Positions 36,419 to 46,114 of a stretch of DNA of 64,000 nt are shown in pieces (within the stretch, counting starts at the first letter, position 1; each line of letters opens with the position of its first letter). Origin of the DNA: Caulobacterales bacterium (GTDB lineage: Bacteria > Pseudomonadota > Alphaproteobacteria > Caulobacterales > Caulobacteraceae); the NCBI GenBank assembly GCA_038213205.1, contig JBBQTP010000001.1, positions 370-64,369 on the forward strand, written 5' to 3'. The notes beneath the pieces were generated by a model. It worked only from the letters and a program-made list of their open reading frames with translations. It did no database searches and was not told the origin of the DNA. A program made the translations under genes and the position numbers.

Positions 36419-37630
36419 ATGGCTGAAGCAACCCCGGCGGCGAGCGGCGGGCGGGCGGGCGTCCGCCCTGGCATGGTGATCGGTGTCTGCATGCTGGTCG
36501 CCGGGCTGGACGGCTTCGACATCCAGGCTTTCGGGGTGGCGGCGCCCAGGATGGCGCCGGCGCTGGGGCTCAATCCGGGTCAGCTCGGGGTGATCGGCAG
36601 CGTGGCCACCTTGGGCCTGGTGCTCGGGGCCTTCGCGGGCGGCTGGCTGGCCGATCGCCGAGGTCGCAAGCCCGTGCTGTTGGCCTCAGTGGTGATGTTC
36701 GGGGTGTTCTCTATCGCCACGGCGATGGCGACCGGCGGCGACCTGCTGCTGGCGGCCCGCTTCCTGGCCGGCGTCGGATTTGGTGGAGCCATGCCGAACC
36801 TGATCGCGCTCGCCGCCGAAGTCGCCCCGCCGGGCCGGCGCGCCCTGGTGACCGGGGCCATGTTCTGCGGCTTTCCGCTGGGCGGCGCCGCGGTCTCGTT
36901 GTTGGCCAGGCTGGCCGGAGAGCATGCCGACTGGCGGATGCTGTTCGTGGTGGGCGGCGTGCTACCGCTGGTCATCGCGCCCCTGATCGGCTGTGGCCTG
37001 CCGGAGACGCGGCCCGAAGCCGACCCGCACGCCGACCGCGGCCTGTCCAAGGCGCTGTTCGGCGAGGGCCGCGCTGGGCCGACGCTGCTGCTCTGGACCG
37101 GCAGCGTGCTGTCGCTGCTGGTGATGTATCTGATGATCTACTGGCTGCCGATCCTGGTGGTGTCCAAGGGGCATCATCCCGCCGATGGCGCCTCAGCTTC
37201 GCTCGCCTTCAATCTGGCCGCGGTCGCAGGCGCCCTGGTGCTTGGCTTCGCCGCCGATCGGCTGGGCGTGCGGCGCACGATCGTCGCAGCCTACCTGGCG
37301 CTGGGCGTGGCGCTCTGGGGCCTGGGCGTGGCCTCGGCGCTGGGCGCGATCCTGGTGATGTCGGCGGCCGCCGGCTTCCTGGTGATCGGCGTGCAGTACA
37401 TCCTCTATGGGCTGGCGCCCCTGCTCTATCCGCCACAGGTGCGCTCGGCGGCGGCCGGCGCCTCGGTCGGAGTGGGTCGGATCGGCTCGGTGCCCGCGCC
37501 GCTGATCGGCGGGCTGTTGCTGCAGGGCGGGTGGAGCGCAGGCCAGGTGCTGGACGCCATGGTCCCGGTGGCCCTGGCCGCGGGCACCGCGATCCTGGTT
37601 CTCACGTTTGCCGCCAAGCTTCGGGATTAA
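36419..37630 (+). CDS. MFS transporter, aromatic-acid/H+ symporter-like
   Basis: 403 aa with 12 TMs. GWLADRRGRKPVLL and the FLAGVGFGGAMPN motifs. Confidence 0.75.
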   Translation: MAEATPAASGGRAGVRPGMVIGVCMLVAGLDGFDIQAFGVAAPRMAPALGLNPGQLGVIGSVATLGLVLGAFAGGWLADRRGRKPVLLASVVMFGVFSIATAMATGGDLLLAARFLAGVGFGGAMPNLIALAAEVAPPGRRALVTGAMFCGFPLGGAAVSLLARLAGEHADWRMLFVVGGVLPLVIAPLIGCGLPETRPEADPHADRGLSKALFGEGRAGPTLLLWTGSVLSLLVMYLMIYWLPILVVSKGHHPADGASASLAFNLAAVAGALVLGFAADRLGVRRTIVAAYLALGVALWGLGVASALGAILVMSAAAGFLVIGVQYILYGLAPLLYPPQVRSAAAGASVGVGRIGSVPAPLIGGLLLQGGWSAGQVLDAMVPVALAAGTAILVLTFAAKLRD

Positions 37631-37715
37631 TGGAGGAAAACGAGCGTGGCCGTGGCCTTTTTCGGGCCAAAATGCCGCAAGTTGTCGCCGCGATCTTCGC
37701 GTAGAGGCCGCGGTC

Positions 37716-38435
37716 ATGGGCGTCATCCAAGTCTTCAAGACCGCATTCGCACGGCTTCGCCACGATCTGGTGGTGAAGCCAAAGTTCATGGCCGTGCTAT
37801 CCGTCGGCGTCACCGCCGCGGCGCTGTCGATCGGCGTCGCCGAGGCCGCCGTGCGGGTGCAGGCGATGCATCCGCTGCACGTGAGCCTCGGCGAAACGGC
37901 GGTGCTGACCTCCGGTTCAGCCCCGGATCATCCGGACGTCGCGCCGCATATCGTCTGGCGCGGCGTTGACCTGGACGGCGACGGCCAGCCGGACATCGCC
38001 AACCCCACCGGCCAGGCGCCGCGCGCCGAGGACGCCTACGGCGACGGCGGCTTCCACGCCCGGCGGGACGGTGGCGCGCGCGAGCACGAGGGCGTCGACT
38101 ACGTGGCCACGGCCGGCCAGCTGGTGGGCGCACCGATCAGCGGCTACGTCGCCAAGATCGGCCTCGCCTATCCGAGCGACCCGACGCTGAAGTTCGTGGA
38201 GATCGACAATCCGGCGCTGCACCTGACGGTGCGGGTATTCTACGTCGACCCGCAGGTGGAGGTGGGCGACGCGGTAGCGATCGGGCGGCCGATCGGTCGG
38301 GCGCATTCGCTGCAGAAGCGCTATCCGCTGGGCATCACCGATCACGTCCACCTGGAGCTGGCCAACGGCAAGGGCCGCAAGCTCGACGCCGAGCGGCTGA
38401 TCGTGGCGCGGGTTGAAGGGGGCGTGGCAGGCTGA
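37716..38435 (+). CDS. M23-family metallopeptidase
   Basis: Start MGVIQVF. It has a TM/signal segment, EHEGVDY (HxxxD) and DHVHLE (HxH). Confidence 0.7.
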   Translation: MGVIQVFKTAFARLRHDLVVKPKFMAVLSVGVTAAALSIGVAEAAVRVQAMHPLHVSLGETAVLTSGSAPDHPDVAPHIVWRGVDLDGDGQPDIANPTGQAPRAEDAYGDGGFHARRDGGAREHEGVDYVATAGQLVGAPISGYVAKIGLAYPSDPTLKFVEIDNPALHLTVRVFYVDPQVEVGDAVAIGRPIGRAHSLQKRYPLGITDHVHLELANGKGRKLDAERLIVARVEGGVAG

Positions 38436-38441
38436 TGGGGT

Positions 38442-38948
38442 TCACGGCTTGGCGATGACGGGAGCCGGGGCGCCTGCCTGATAGTGGACAGGAATGTTGA
38501 TCGTCCCGCCGACCGTCGGCAGCCCTTCAATGGGCCAGGTGGTGACCCTGAATCGAGACGCTAGCGCAAGCGCGGCCTGCCCGACTCCCTTGTCGAATTC
38601 GAACCAGTTTGAGTGGAGCGTAACTTCGCCATCCGGCGCCTCAGTGGCGATCGCTTCCGGCTTCAGTTGATATAGCGACGTGAGCGCCTGGCCGAAGCCG
38701 GAGCCGGATGGCGTCTCATTGATTACGCGGCAGGCCGAGAGCAGGCCGGCGCTATCCACATGGCACCTGACAATGGCTCGCCCGCCCGTTTTCTCTTTGG
38801 TGGCCTCCGCCGGCCAGACCGCCCGGTACTGGGCGCGGCTGGGGTACTTAAGCCAGGGGTTGGGCGCTGCATTGGGCGCTGCGCTGACGCTCGCCGCACC
38901 CAGCGGCATGAGAGCCGCGGCCGCGGCGCTCCTAGACCACGATGTCAT
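38442..38948 (-). CDS. periplasmic TonB C-terminal-domain protein
   Basis: Start MTSWSRSAAAAALMPLGAASVSA (GGAGGA RBS). YPSRAQYRAVWPAEATKEKTGGRAIVRCHVDSAGLLSACRVINETPSGSGFGQAL is TonB_C-like. Confidence 0.6.
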   Translation of the reverse strand: MTSWSRSAAAAALMPLGAASVSAAPNAAPNPWLKYPSRAQYRAVWPAEATKEKTGGRAIVRCHVDSAGLLSACRVINETPSGSGFGQALTSLYQLKPEAIATEAPDGEVTLHSNWFEFDKGVGQAALALASRFRVTTWPIEGLPTVGGTINIPVHYQAGAPAPVIAKP

Positions 38949-39043
38949 GCGATCTCCTCCCCGGGGCAAAGCCTCGCACGTCGTCGGACCGGGGGAAGTT
39001 GTAGAGAGAGCAATATCGCGTTGGCGATGCGGGCCCGCGCGGC

Positions 39044-40369
39044 TTGCCAGCCGCATGCGAACATCGTTCAGTGGTCACGCGGCAACGGTTCCTGGCAGAC
39101 GGAGCCCGCGCGGTTCGGGGGAACGACGTGGCGGCGATAGATCTCAAGGCGGCGCGCGCGCCGGCGACCTTTGGCACGGGCATCGTGGTGCTGCTCGCCC
39201 TGTCGGTGTTCCTCAACTACGTGGACCGCGGCAACCTGGCGACCGCGGCGCCGCTGATGAAGACCGAGCTGGGGCTCTCCGCCACGCAGCTCGGCCTGCT
39301 GCTGTCGGTGTTCTTCTGGACCTATGTGCCCGCACAGATTCTGGCCGGTTACCTGGCCGAGAAGATCAACCCGTACCGGACCCTGGCGCTGGGCGTCGCG
39401 GTCTGGTCGGCGGCCACCGCGCTCACCGGCGTGGCCTCGACGTTCTCAATGCTGATCGGCCTGCGCCTGTTGCTGGGCCTTGGCGAGAGCGTCGCCTTTC
39501 CCTGCTCCTCGAAGCTGCTCGGCCAGCATCTGCCGCCGCACCGCCTGGGTATGGCCAATGGCCTGATCGCTATCGGCCTGTCGGTGGGACCGGCGTTCGG
39601 CACCTTCACCGGCGGCCTGCTGATGGCGCACATCGGCTGGCGGGCCGTGTTCATGCTGTTCGGACTGAGCTCCCTGCTGTGGTTATGGCCGTGGCTGGTG
39701 GCGACGCGACATCTGTCCACGGCCGACGACGCGCCGAAGGCCGACACCGCGCCGCCGTTTCAGAAAATCCTCGCCAAGCGCCAGCTGTGGGGCGCGGGCC
39801 TTGGCCACTTCTGCGCCAACTACGCGATCTATTTCGTGATCTCCTGGCTGCCGCTCTACCTGGTCAAGGCGCGCGGCTTCACGGTCTCGCAGATGGCCGA
39901 GCTGGGCGGTGTTATCTACCTGGTCTACGCGGCGAGCTCGTTCCTGACCGGTTGGGTGTCCGACCGGGCGATGGCGGGCGGCGCATCGTCGACGCGGGTG
40001 CGGATGTCCGCCCTGATCTGCGGGCACCTGCTGACGGCGTGCGGCATGCTGGCGTGTGTGCTTGGCGACACGGCCGTGTCGATCGCCGGCCTGTTCGCTG
40101 CGGCGGTCTCCTTCGGCTTCATCGCGCCCAATCTGTTCGCGGTTGGCCAGACGCTGGCGGGACCGCGCGGCGCGGGCAAGTGGGTCGGTTTCCAGAACTG
40201 CCTGGGCAACATCGCCGGCATAGTGGCGCCGATCGTCACCGGCGCCGTCGTCGACAAGACCGGCGAGTTCACCTGGGCCTTCGCGGTGGCGGGCCTGGTA
40301 GCACTCACCGGCGTGTTCGCCTGGAGCGTGATCGTGCGCCGTGTCGAACTGCTCGACTGGCCGGCCTGA
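39044..40369 (+). CDS. MFS transporter, anion:cation symporter (ACS) family
   Basis: LNYVDRGNLATAAPLMKTELGLSATQLGLLLSVFFWTYVPAQILAGYLAEK, with 12 TMs. The true start may be the in-frame GTG at 39128. Confidence 0.8.
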   Translation: MPAACEHRSVVTRQRFLADGARAVRGNDVAAIDLKAARAPATFGTGIVVLLALSVFLNYVDRGNLATAAPLMKTELGLSATQLGLLLSVFFWTYVPAQILAGYLAEKINPYRTLALGVAVWSAATALTGVASTFSMLIGLRLLLGLGESVAFPCSSKLLGQHLPPHRLGMANGLIAIGLSVGPAFGTFTGGLLMAHIGWRAVFMLFGLSSLLWLWPWLVATRHLSTADDAPKADTAPPFQKILAKRQLWGAGLGHFCANYAIYFVISWLPLYLVKARGFTVSQMAELGGVIYLVYAASSFLTGWVSDRAMAGGASSTRVRMSALICGHLLTACGMLACVLGDTAVSIAGLFAAAVSFGFIAPNLFAVGQTLAGPRGAGKWVGFQNCLGNIAGIVAPIVTGAVVDKTGEFTWAFAVAGLVALTGVFAWSVIVRRVELLDWPA

Positions 40370-40396
40370 GCGCCCTGCTAGAAGACTGGGGCAAAG

Positions 40397-40426
40397 AAAA
40401 GCCCCGCTCGCGAGAGCGGGGCTTTT
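40397..40426. terminator. bidirectional intrinsic terminator between convergent genes
   Basis: AAAA-GCCCCGCTC-GCGA-GAGCGGGGC-TTTT. The stem is a perfect 9 bp, with an A-tract on one side and a T-tract on the other. Confidence 0.75.
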
Positions 40427-40449
40427 CAGAGTGTGGGTCGAGGGCGCTG

Positions 40450-40716
40450 CTAGAGCAAGCGGCCGCGGCCGCGGCCGGACAGGGCGTGGTAGATGACCAG
40501 CACCACAACGGCGCCAAGGGTGGCGACCATGAACGAATAGAGGTTGAGGCCGCTGACGCCGGCGTGGCCGAAGCGGGTGAACAGGAAGCCGCCGACGAAG
40601 GCGCCGACGACGCCGAGCAGCAGGTCCATGACGATGCCGCTACCAGTGCGGTTGACGAGCTTCGAGGCGATGAAGCCGGACACGAGGCCGAGGATCAGCC
40701 AGGCGAGAATGGACAT
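40450..40716 (-). CDS. GlsB/YeaQ/YmgE-family transglycosylase-associated stress membrane protein
   Basis: Start MSILAWLILGLVSGFIASKLV (GGAGA RBS), then GIVMDLLLGVVGAFVGGFLF. Confidence 0.8.
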   Translation of the reverse strand: MSILAWLILGLVSGFIASKLVNRTGSGIVMDLLLGVVGAFVGGFLFTRFGHAGVSGLNLYSFMVATLGAVVVLVIYHALSGRGRGRLL

Positions 40717-40890
40717 GGGCGTTTCTCCAGTAGGCCGGTTCGTGCGCGGAGTCGCGGCCGGCGGATGACGCAATCAAGCCCTAATGAAGGGTTTAGGTTC
40801 CGAATCATCGCGCTTAGAAGCCTATGCAACCTTCAGCGTGGCGGCGGGTTATGACGTGCCCCGTGTCCGCATCCCTTCAGGAGACATCTC

Positions 40891-41217
40891 GTGCGCAATA
40901 AGCTCATCGCCTCTGCGACCCTGGTGTGCTCGGCCCTGGCCTTGGCGACCGCCCCCATGGTGGCCAATGCCGCCGAACACCGGGGCCAACACCGGGTCCA
41001 GGTTTGCCGCGACGTCAGTTCGCGCGGCGCGCGCAACACCGGCACCGTGGTCGGCGCCGTGGCCGGTGGCTTGGCGGGCAATGCGCTCAGCCACGGCGGC
41101 GGCAAGACCGGCGGCACCATCATCGGCGCGGGCCTCGGCGCCGTGGCCGGTCACCAGATCGCCAAGCACAACGACACCCACCGCGAGTGCCACTGGGAGT
41201 GGCACAAGAACCACTAG
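40891..41217 (+). CDS. glycine-zipper (17-kDa antigen-like) secreted/outer-membrane protein
   Basis: GTG start with an AGGAGA RBS. Signal peptide, then GTVVGAVAGGLAGNALSHGGGKTGGTIIGAGLGAVAGHQI and a His-rich tail. Confidence 0.7.
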   Translation: MRNKLIASATLVCSALALATAPMVANAAEHRGQHRVQVCRDVSSRGARNTGTVVGAVAGGLAGNALSHGGGKTGGTIIGAGLGAVAGHQIAKHNDTHRECHWEWHKNH

Positions 41218-41219
41218 CG

Positions 41220-42854
41220 CTAGCGCCTCACGCACAGCCACCTGGCGCGGTGGGCGTTCAACGGGTTGTCGACCCAGCCGGTGATCTTCGGGTTGACCAG
41301 GCTGCGGCTGACCGAGAAGAACACCGGGGCCATGCCCTCGTCGTCGAGCATGGTTTGTTCGGCGCGTGACAGGATCTGGGCGCGCTTAACCGCGTCGGGC
41401 TCGTGGTCGGCCTGCGCCAACAGCGCATCATATGCCGGGTTCTTGTAGTCGCCGTAGTTCTGCGCGCCGGTGTCGGACTTCAGCAGGCCGAGGAAGGTGA
41501 CCGGGTCGTTGAAGTCTGCGTACCAAGCCATTTCGCCGACCTGGAAGTCGCGGTTGCGATAGGCGGCGAAGGCGATCTGGCCCTCGTTCTGCTGGATCGT
41601 CGCGTCGACGCCGATCGCGCGCCAATCGGCCTGAACGGCCTCCATCAGGAGCAGGACTTCGGTGGCGTTGGTAGCCTTGATCTCCAACTTCAAAGGATGG
41701 GCGGTCGTGTAGCCGGCCTGGGCCAGCAGCGCCTTGGCCTCGATCTGGCGCTGCACGAAGGGCTCATTGGCCCAGCCTGATTTGGCCCCATAGGCATAGT
41801 TGGCGACGCCGGGCGGGATGAAGCTGTAGGCCGGCTGCTGGCCCGCACGCTCCAGCTTGCCGGTGATGAAGTCGCGGTCGATGGACTCTGACAGGGCGCG
41901 GCGGACGCGGATGTCCTTCAGCGAAGCGACGTCGCGAGTGTTGAACGACAGATAGCTGGTGGCCAGCACCAGGGCGGGGCGGGCGTAGCCTGGCATTACC
42001 TCGCGGATGTGCTGCAGCCGGTTCGATTGGAAGGTGGTGTTGAGGTCGAGTTCGCCGCGCTGCACGCGCCGCTCAGCCGAGGTCACGTCGGCGGTGGGGT
42101 AGTAGTTGATGCGGTCGACGCAGACGTGGCTTGCGTCGAAGAAGTTCGGGTTCTTGTCTACCTGCACGTGGTCGCCGAGTTTCCAGGCGGTGAGCTTGTA
42201 GGCGCCGTTGGACACGTAGTTCCCGGGTGTGACCCACGCGTCGCCGAACTTTTCCACCACATGTTTCGGCACCGGATAGAAGCTCTGGTGCATGACGATC
42301 TGCGGCATGTAGGGCGCGGGGTGCTCCAGGGTGAGCACGAGCGTGTGCGGGTCGGGCGCGGCGGCGCCGACCGCGCTAAGCGGCGCCTTGCCGTCGTTCA
42401 CCGCCTGGCCGTTCTTCAGGATAGTGATCAGGTAGGCGTAGATCGAGGCGGTCTTCGGATCGAGGACCCGGCGGTAGGCGTAGACGAAGTCGTCGGCGGT
42501 GACCGGAACGCCGTCGGACCATTTGGCGTCGCGCAGATGGAAGGTCCAGGTCAGGCCGTCGGGGCTCGCTTCCCACGACTTGGCCATGCCGGGGACCGGC
42601 GTGGCGTCGGGCGCCTCGGTGGTCAGACCCATCATCAGGTCGCCGATGATCCGGGCTTCGGTGATCAGGTTGGCGCTCTGCGGGTCCAGGGTGAGCGGCT
42701 CGACCTCGTTGCCGTACTCCAGGCAGACGTGGCCAGCCGGGCAGGCGGGGCGTTGCACCTTGCTCTGGCAGCCGGCGATGAGCACGGCCGAGGCAAAGAT
42801 CAGAGCGAGGGGAGCGAAACGCAAGGGCGACCTCGTGACGGCGGCAGACGCCAT
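41220..42854 (-). CDS. ABC transporter substrate-binding lipoprotein, family 5 (peptide/nickel type)
   Basis: 544 aa with lipobox LIAGC. TLDPQ, WSDGVPVTADDFVYAY and other SBP_bac_5 features. Confidence 0.85.
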   Translation of the reverse strand: MASAAVTRSPLRFAPLALIFASAVLIAGCQSKVQRPACPAGHVCLEYGNEVEPLTLDPQSANLITEARIIGDLMMGLTTEAPDATPVPGMAKSWEASPDGLTWTFHLRDAKWSDGVPVTADDFVYAYRRVLDPKTASIYAYLITILKNGQAVNDGKAPLSAVGAAAPDPHTLVLTLEHPAPYMPQIVMHQSFYPVPKHVVEKFGDAWVTPGNYVSNGAYKLTAWKLGDHVQVDKNPNFFDASHVCVDRINYYPTADVTSAERRVQRGELDLNTTFQSNRLQHIREVMPGYARPALVLATSYLSFNTRDVASLKDIRVRRALSESIDRDFITGKLERAGQQPAYSFIPPGVANYAYGAKSGWANEPFVQRQIEAKALLAQAGYTTAHPLKLEIKATNATEVLLLMEAVQADWRAIGVDATIQQNEGQIAFAAYRNRDFQVGEMAWYADFNDPVTFLGLLKSDTGAQNYGDYKNPAYDALLAQADHEPDAVKRAQILSRAEQTMLDDEGMAPVFFSVSRSLVNPKITGWVDNPLNAHRARWLCVRR

Positions 42855-42887
42855 CAGTCCCTTGCGCGGCCGGACTTGTCGAGACGC

Positions 42888-43160
42888 CTAGTGGAGACGG
42901 AATTCGGCGCCGAGGGTGCGGATTTCCGCAGGCTTGATCAGGCGGCTGTGCCCGACGGTGACCTTGAACAGCGGGCCATCGAGGGTGCGGGTCCAGAAGT
43001 CGAGGAAGCCCTGCAGCGCCGGGAAGTGCGGGAAGAGGTCGTAGTCCTGCCAGATATAGCTCTGCAGCAACGCCGGGTGATCGGGCATGCGGTAGAGGAT
43101 CTCGGCGGTGGTCAGACCATAGCCCGCCAGCTGTTTGCGGAAGTCAGGCGATACCGGCAT
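42888..43160 (-). CDS. usg: Usg-family protein
   Basis: 90 aa. LTTAEILYRMPDHPALLQSYIWQDYDLFPHFPALQGFLDFW matches the Usg (PF06233-like) signature as I remember it. Confidence 0.7.
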   Translation of the reverse strand: MPVSPDFRKQLAGYGLTTAEILYRMPDHPALLQSYIWQDYDLFPHFPALQGFLDFWTRTLDGPLFKVTVGHSRLIKPAEIRTLGAEFRLH

Positions 43161-43387
43161 CGAACCCCCCGGGTCAGTGTCCGTCCTTGGGGATGCTAGC
43201 CGTGATTCGTTAAAACATCTCGCAAATTCAGTAATTTAGCACTCATCGCGCGGGACTGCTGCTGACGCCGCGGAAATGGGGCCTTTGTCGCGAGCGCCAC
43301 CGTGAACGGGGCTTGGCGCCCGGCCCATTCAGGTTATCGTCGTTCAGGAGACATGCTCAGCAGAAGCGGTCCTGGGAGACGACAGCC

Positions 43388-44665
43388 ATGAAGTTCACCT
43401 GGTTCAACCTGATGCCGTGGCCCTATCTGCCGGACGATTTCCGAGAGACCAACCGCTCGGTCTGGGTGGACATCGACCAGAAGCTGTTCGATCCGGCCAA
43501 GAGCCATGAGGTCTACAACACCTACATGGACCTGCTGGAGTACGCCGATACGCTCGGGTTCGACGGCGTCGGTGTGAACGAGCACCACCAGAACGGCTAC
43601 GGCATCATGCCCAGCCCCAACATCATCGCCGCGGGTCTAGCGCGCCGGACCAAGGACGCAGCCATCGTGGTGCTGGGCAACTCCATCGCGCTGTACAATC
43701 CGCCGGTGCGGGTGGCCGAAGAGTTCGCCATGCTGGACTGCATCTCCGGCGGGCGGTTGGTGGCCGGATTCCCGGTGGGGACCTCGATGGACACCAACTA
43801 CTGCTACGGCCAGATCCCAAGCCTGACGCGGGAGAAGTACCAGGAAGCCCACGACCTGATCATCAAGGCCTGGACGACGCGCGAGCCGTTCGCCTGGAAC
43901 GGGCGTTACAGCAAGCTGCGGCACGTCAACATCTGGCCGCGCCCGATCCAGCAGCCGCGGCCGCCGGTGCACATCCCGGGCGGCGGGTCGGTGGAGACCT
44001 ACGACTTCTGCATCGATAATACGTACTCTTATTCCTACCTCAGCTTCTCCGGCTACCTGCGCGCCCAGGCGCTGATGAGCGGCTACTGGAAGCGGGTGGA
44101 GGAGCGCGGCGTCGACAAGAGCCCCTACCGTGCCGGCTTCGCCCAGACGATCCTGGTGGCGGACACGGACGAAGAGGCCGAGCGGCTCTATTCCGAGCAC
44201 GTCAGCTATTTCTACAATCGCTGCCTGCACGTCTATCCGGGGTTCGCCGACGCGCCCGGCTATCGGACGATCAAGACCATCCAGACCGGCGCCTTGTCGC
44301 AATACGCCCCGCCGACCGGCGGCTATACCCAGCTGACCTGGAAGGAACTGACCGAGCAAGGCCACGTGATCGCGGGCTCGCCCGAGACCGTCCGCCAGCG
44401 GATGGAAGACCTGATCAAGGGGCTGAACGTCGGCAACATCTTCTGCCTGATGCATGTGGGAAACATGCCGGCCGACAAGTGCATGTACTCGACCAAGCTG
44501 TTCGCCGAGAAAGTGATGCCGAAGCTCAGAAACATGTTCCCCGACTGGGCCGACGACAACCGGTTCTGGACCCAGCCGCTGGACAAGCGGGTAAACGCCG
44601 GGCGGCTGCCCAAGGAAGCGCCGACGTCCGCGGACCTGGCCAAGACCTACGCGCTGGAGGCCTGA
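43388..44665 (+). CDS. LLM-class flavin-dependent oxidoreductase
   Basis: Start MKFTWFNLMPWPYLPDDF. GFDGVGVNEHHQNGYG, GGRLVAGFPVG. Confidence 0.8.
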   Translation: MKFTWFNLMPWPYLPDDFRETNRSVWVDIDQKLFDPAKSHEVYNTYMDLLEYADTLGFDGVGVNEHHQNGYGIMPSPNIIAAGLARRTKDAAIVVLGNSIALYNPPVRVAEEFAMLDCISGGRLVAGFPVGTSMDTNYCYGQIPSLTREKYQEAHDLIIKAWTTREPFAWNGRYSKLRHVNIWPRPIQQPRPPVHIPGGGSVETYDFCIDNTYSYSYLSFSGYLRAQALMSGYWKRVEERGVDKSPYRAGFAQTILVADTDEEAERLYSEHVSYFYNRCLHVYPGFADAPGYRTIKTIQTGALSQYAPPTGGYTQLTWKELTEQGHVIAGSPETVRQRMEDLIKGLNVGNIFCLMHVGNMPADKCMYSTKLFAEKVMPKLRNMFPDWADDNRFWTQPLDKRVNAGRLPKEAPTSADLAKTYALEA

Positions 44666-44666
44666 G

Positions 44667-45446
44667 ATGCTGGAGCTCAAGACCGTCCAGACTCAGCATG
44701 CTCCGGTCCGCTACTACGAGGGCGGGTCCGGCCCGGCGCTGGTCTTCCTTCATGGCGCAGGCGGCGTCACCGGCGATGATCCGCTGCTGAACGCGCTGGC
44801 CCAAAAGCGCCATGTTTATGCGCCGCTGGTCCCCGGCTACGGGGATAGCGAGGAGGCGCCCGAGATCCGCGACATGCTGGATTTCACGCTGCACACCTGG
44901 GACGTGGTCGAGGCGCTGGGGCTGAAGGATCCGATCCTGGTCGGCCATTCGATGGGCGGGATGATCGCCGCAGAGATGGCGGCGATCGCGCCGAACGATC
45001 TTTCCCGCCTGGCGCTGATCGCCCCGGCCGGGCTGTGGGACGACGATCATCCGGTGGTCGACATGTTCGCGACCCTGCCGTTCGAGATGCCGGCGCTGCT
45101 GTTCCACGATCCTGTGGCGGGCGCGGCGACGCTGACGGCGGGGCGCAACGTGCAGGACCCGGCTTTCCTGCAGGCCTATCTGGTGACCAACGCGCGCCAG
45201 CTCGGCATGGCCGGGCGCATCTTGTTCCCGATCCCCGAGCGGGGGCTCCATCAGCGGCTCTACCGGATCAAGGCCAAGACGGTGATCGTCTGGGGAGACT
45301 CTGACAAGCTGATCTCGCCCACCTATGCCCACGGCTTCAAGAAGGGCATCACGGGCTCGCAACTCGTCTCGATCCCCGAGGCCGGGCACATGGTGATCAC
45401 CGAGAAGACGCCAGCGGTGGTGGAGGCCGTTTCCAGCCTGGGCTAA
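44667..45446 (+). CDS. alpha/beta-fold hydrolase
   Basis: 259 aa. LVFLHGAGG, nucleophile elbow VGHSMGG, and C-terminal EAGHMV. Confidence 0.8.
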   Translation: MLELKTVQTQHAPVRYYEGGSGPALVFLHGAGGVTGDDPLLNALAQKRHVYAPLVPGYGDSEEAPEIRDMLDFTLHTWDVVEALGLKDPILVGHSMGGMIAAEMAAIAPNDLSRLALIAPAGLWDDDHPVVDMFATLPFEMPALLFHDPVAGAATLTAGRNVQDPAFLQAYLVTNARQLGMAGRILFPIPERGLHQRLYRIKAKTVIVWGDSDKLISPTYAHGFKKGITGSQLVSIPEAGHMVITEKTPAVVEAVSSLG

Positions 45447-45472
45447 CGCAGCCGACGCACTACATTTGAGCC

Positions 45473-46048
45473 ATGTCCGTCGCGCGCCAACCGTCGCTGT
45501 TCGAGCCCGAGCCTGAGGGGCCCGAAGGCCTCGTCTATCGGCGGGCCTTCCTGTCCGCCGACGAGGAGGCGGAGTTGGCCGCCTGGCTGGTGACCTTGCC
45601 GTTCCAGGCGTTCCAGTTCCGGGGTTATGAGGGCCGCCGCCGGGTGGTGTCGTTCGGCTGGCAGTACGACTTCACGCGCAGCCACCTGCTGAAGGCCGAC
45701 GATATTCCGAACGAACTGATGGCCGTGCGGTCGCGGGCGGCGGAGCTCGCGGGGCATCGGCCGCAGGACCTGCAACAAGTGCTGCTCAACGAATATCAGC
45801 CCGGCGCGCCGATCGGCTGGCATCGCGACCGGCCGGTATTTGCTGAGGTGGTGGGGATCAGCCTGCTCGCGCCGTGCACGTTCCGGTTCCGGCGGCGCGT
45901 GGGCGACGGGTTCGAGCGCAAGGCGCTGACGCTCGAGCCACGCTCGGCCTATGTGCTGAGCGGGCCGGCGCGGACGGACTGGGAGCATTCGATCCCGCCG
46001 GTGACCGAACACCGCTACTCGATCACCTTCCGCAACTTTCGCGGCTGA
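45473..46048 (+). CDS. AlkB-like Fe(II)/2-oxoglutarate dioxygenase
   Basis: 191 aa. IGWHRDRP (HxD), WEHSIPP (His), RYSITFRNF (RxSxTFR). Confidence 0.75.
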   Translation: MSVARQPSLFEPEPEGPEGLVYRRAFLSADEEAELAAWLVTLPFQAFQFRGYEGRRRVVSFGWQYDFTRSHLLKADDIPNELMAVRSRAAELAGHRPQDLQQVLLNEYQPGAPIGWHRDRPVFAEVVGISLLAPCTFRFRRRVGDGFERKALTLEPRSAYVLSGPARTDWEHSIPPVTEHRYSITFRNFRG

Positions 46049-46114
46049 CCTTGATTGCCCCCATTGATTGTCGTTGGGGGAGCGCGTCACTCTGCGCGTG
46101 GGAGGATGCCAACC

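Noticed and set aside
38680-40854. 724-aa plus-strand ORF
   Set aside because: It runs across three recognisable genes on both strands (TonB-like, ACS-family MFS, YeaQ-like). Its translation is low-complexity and Arg/Gly/Pro-rich.
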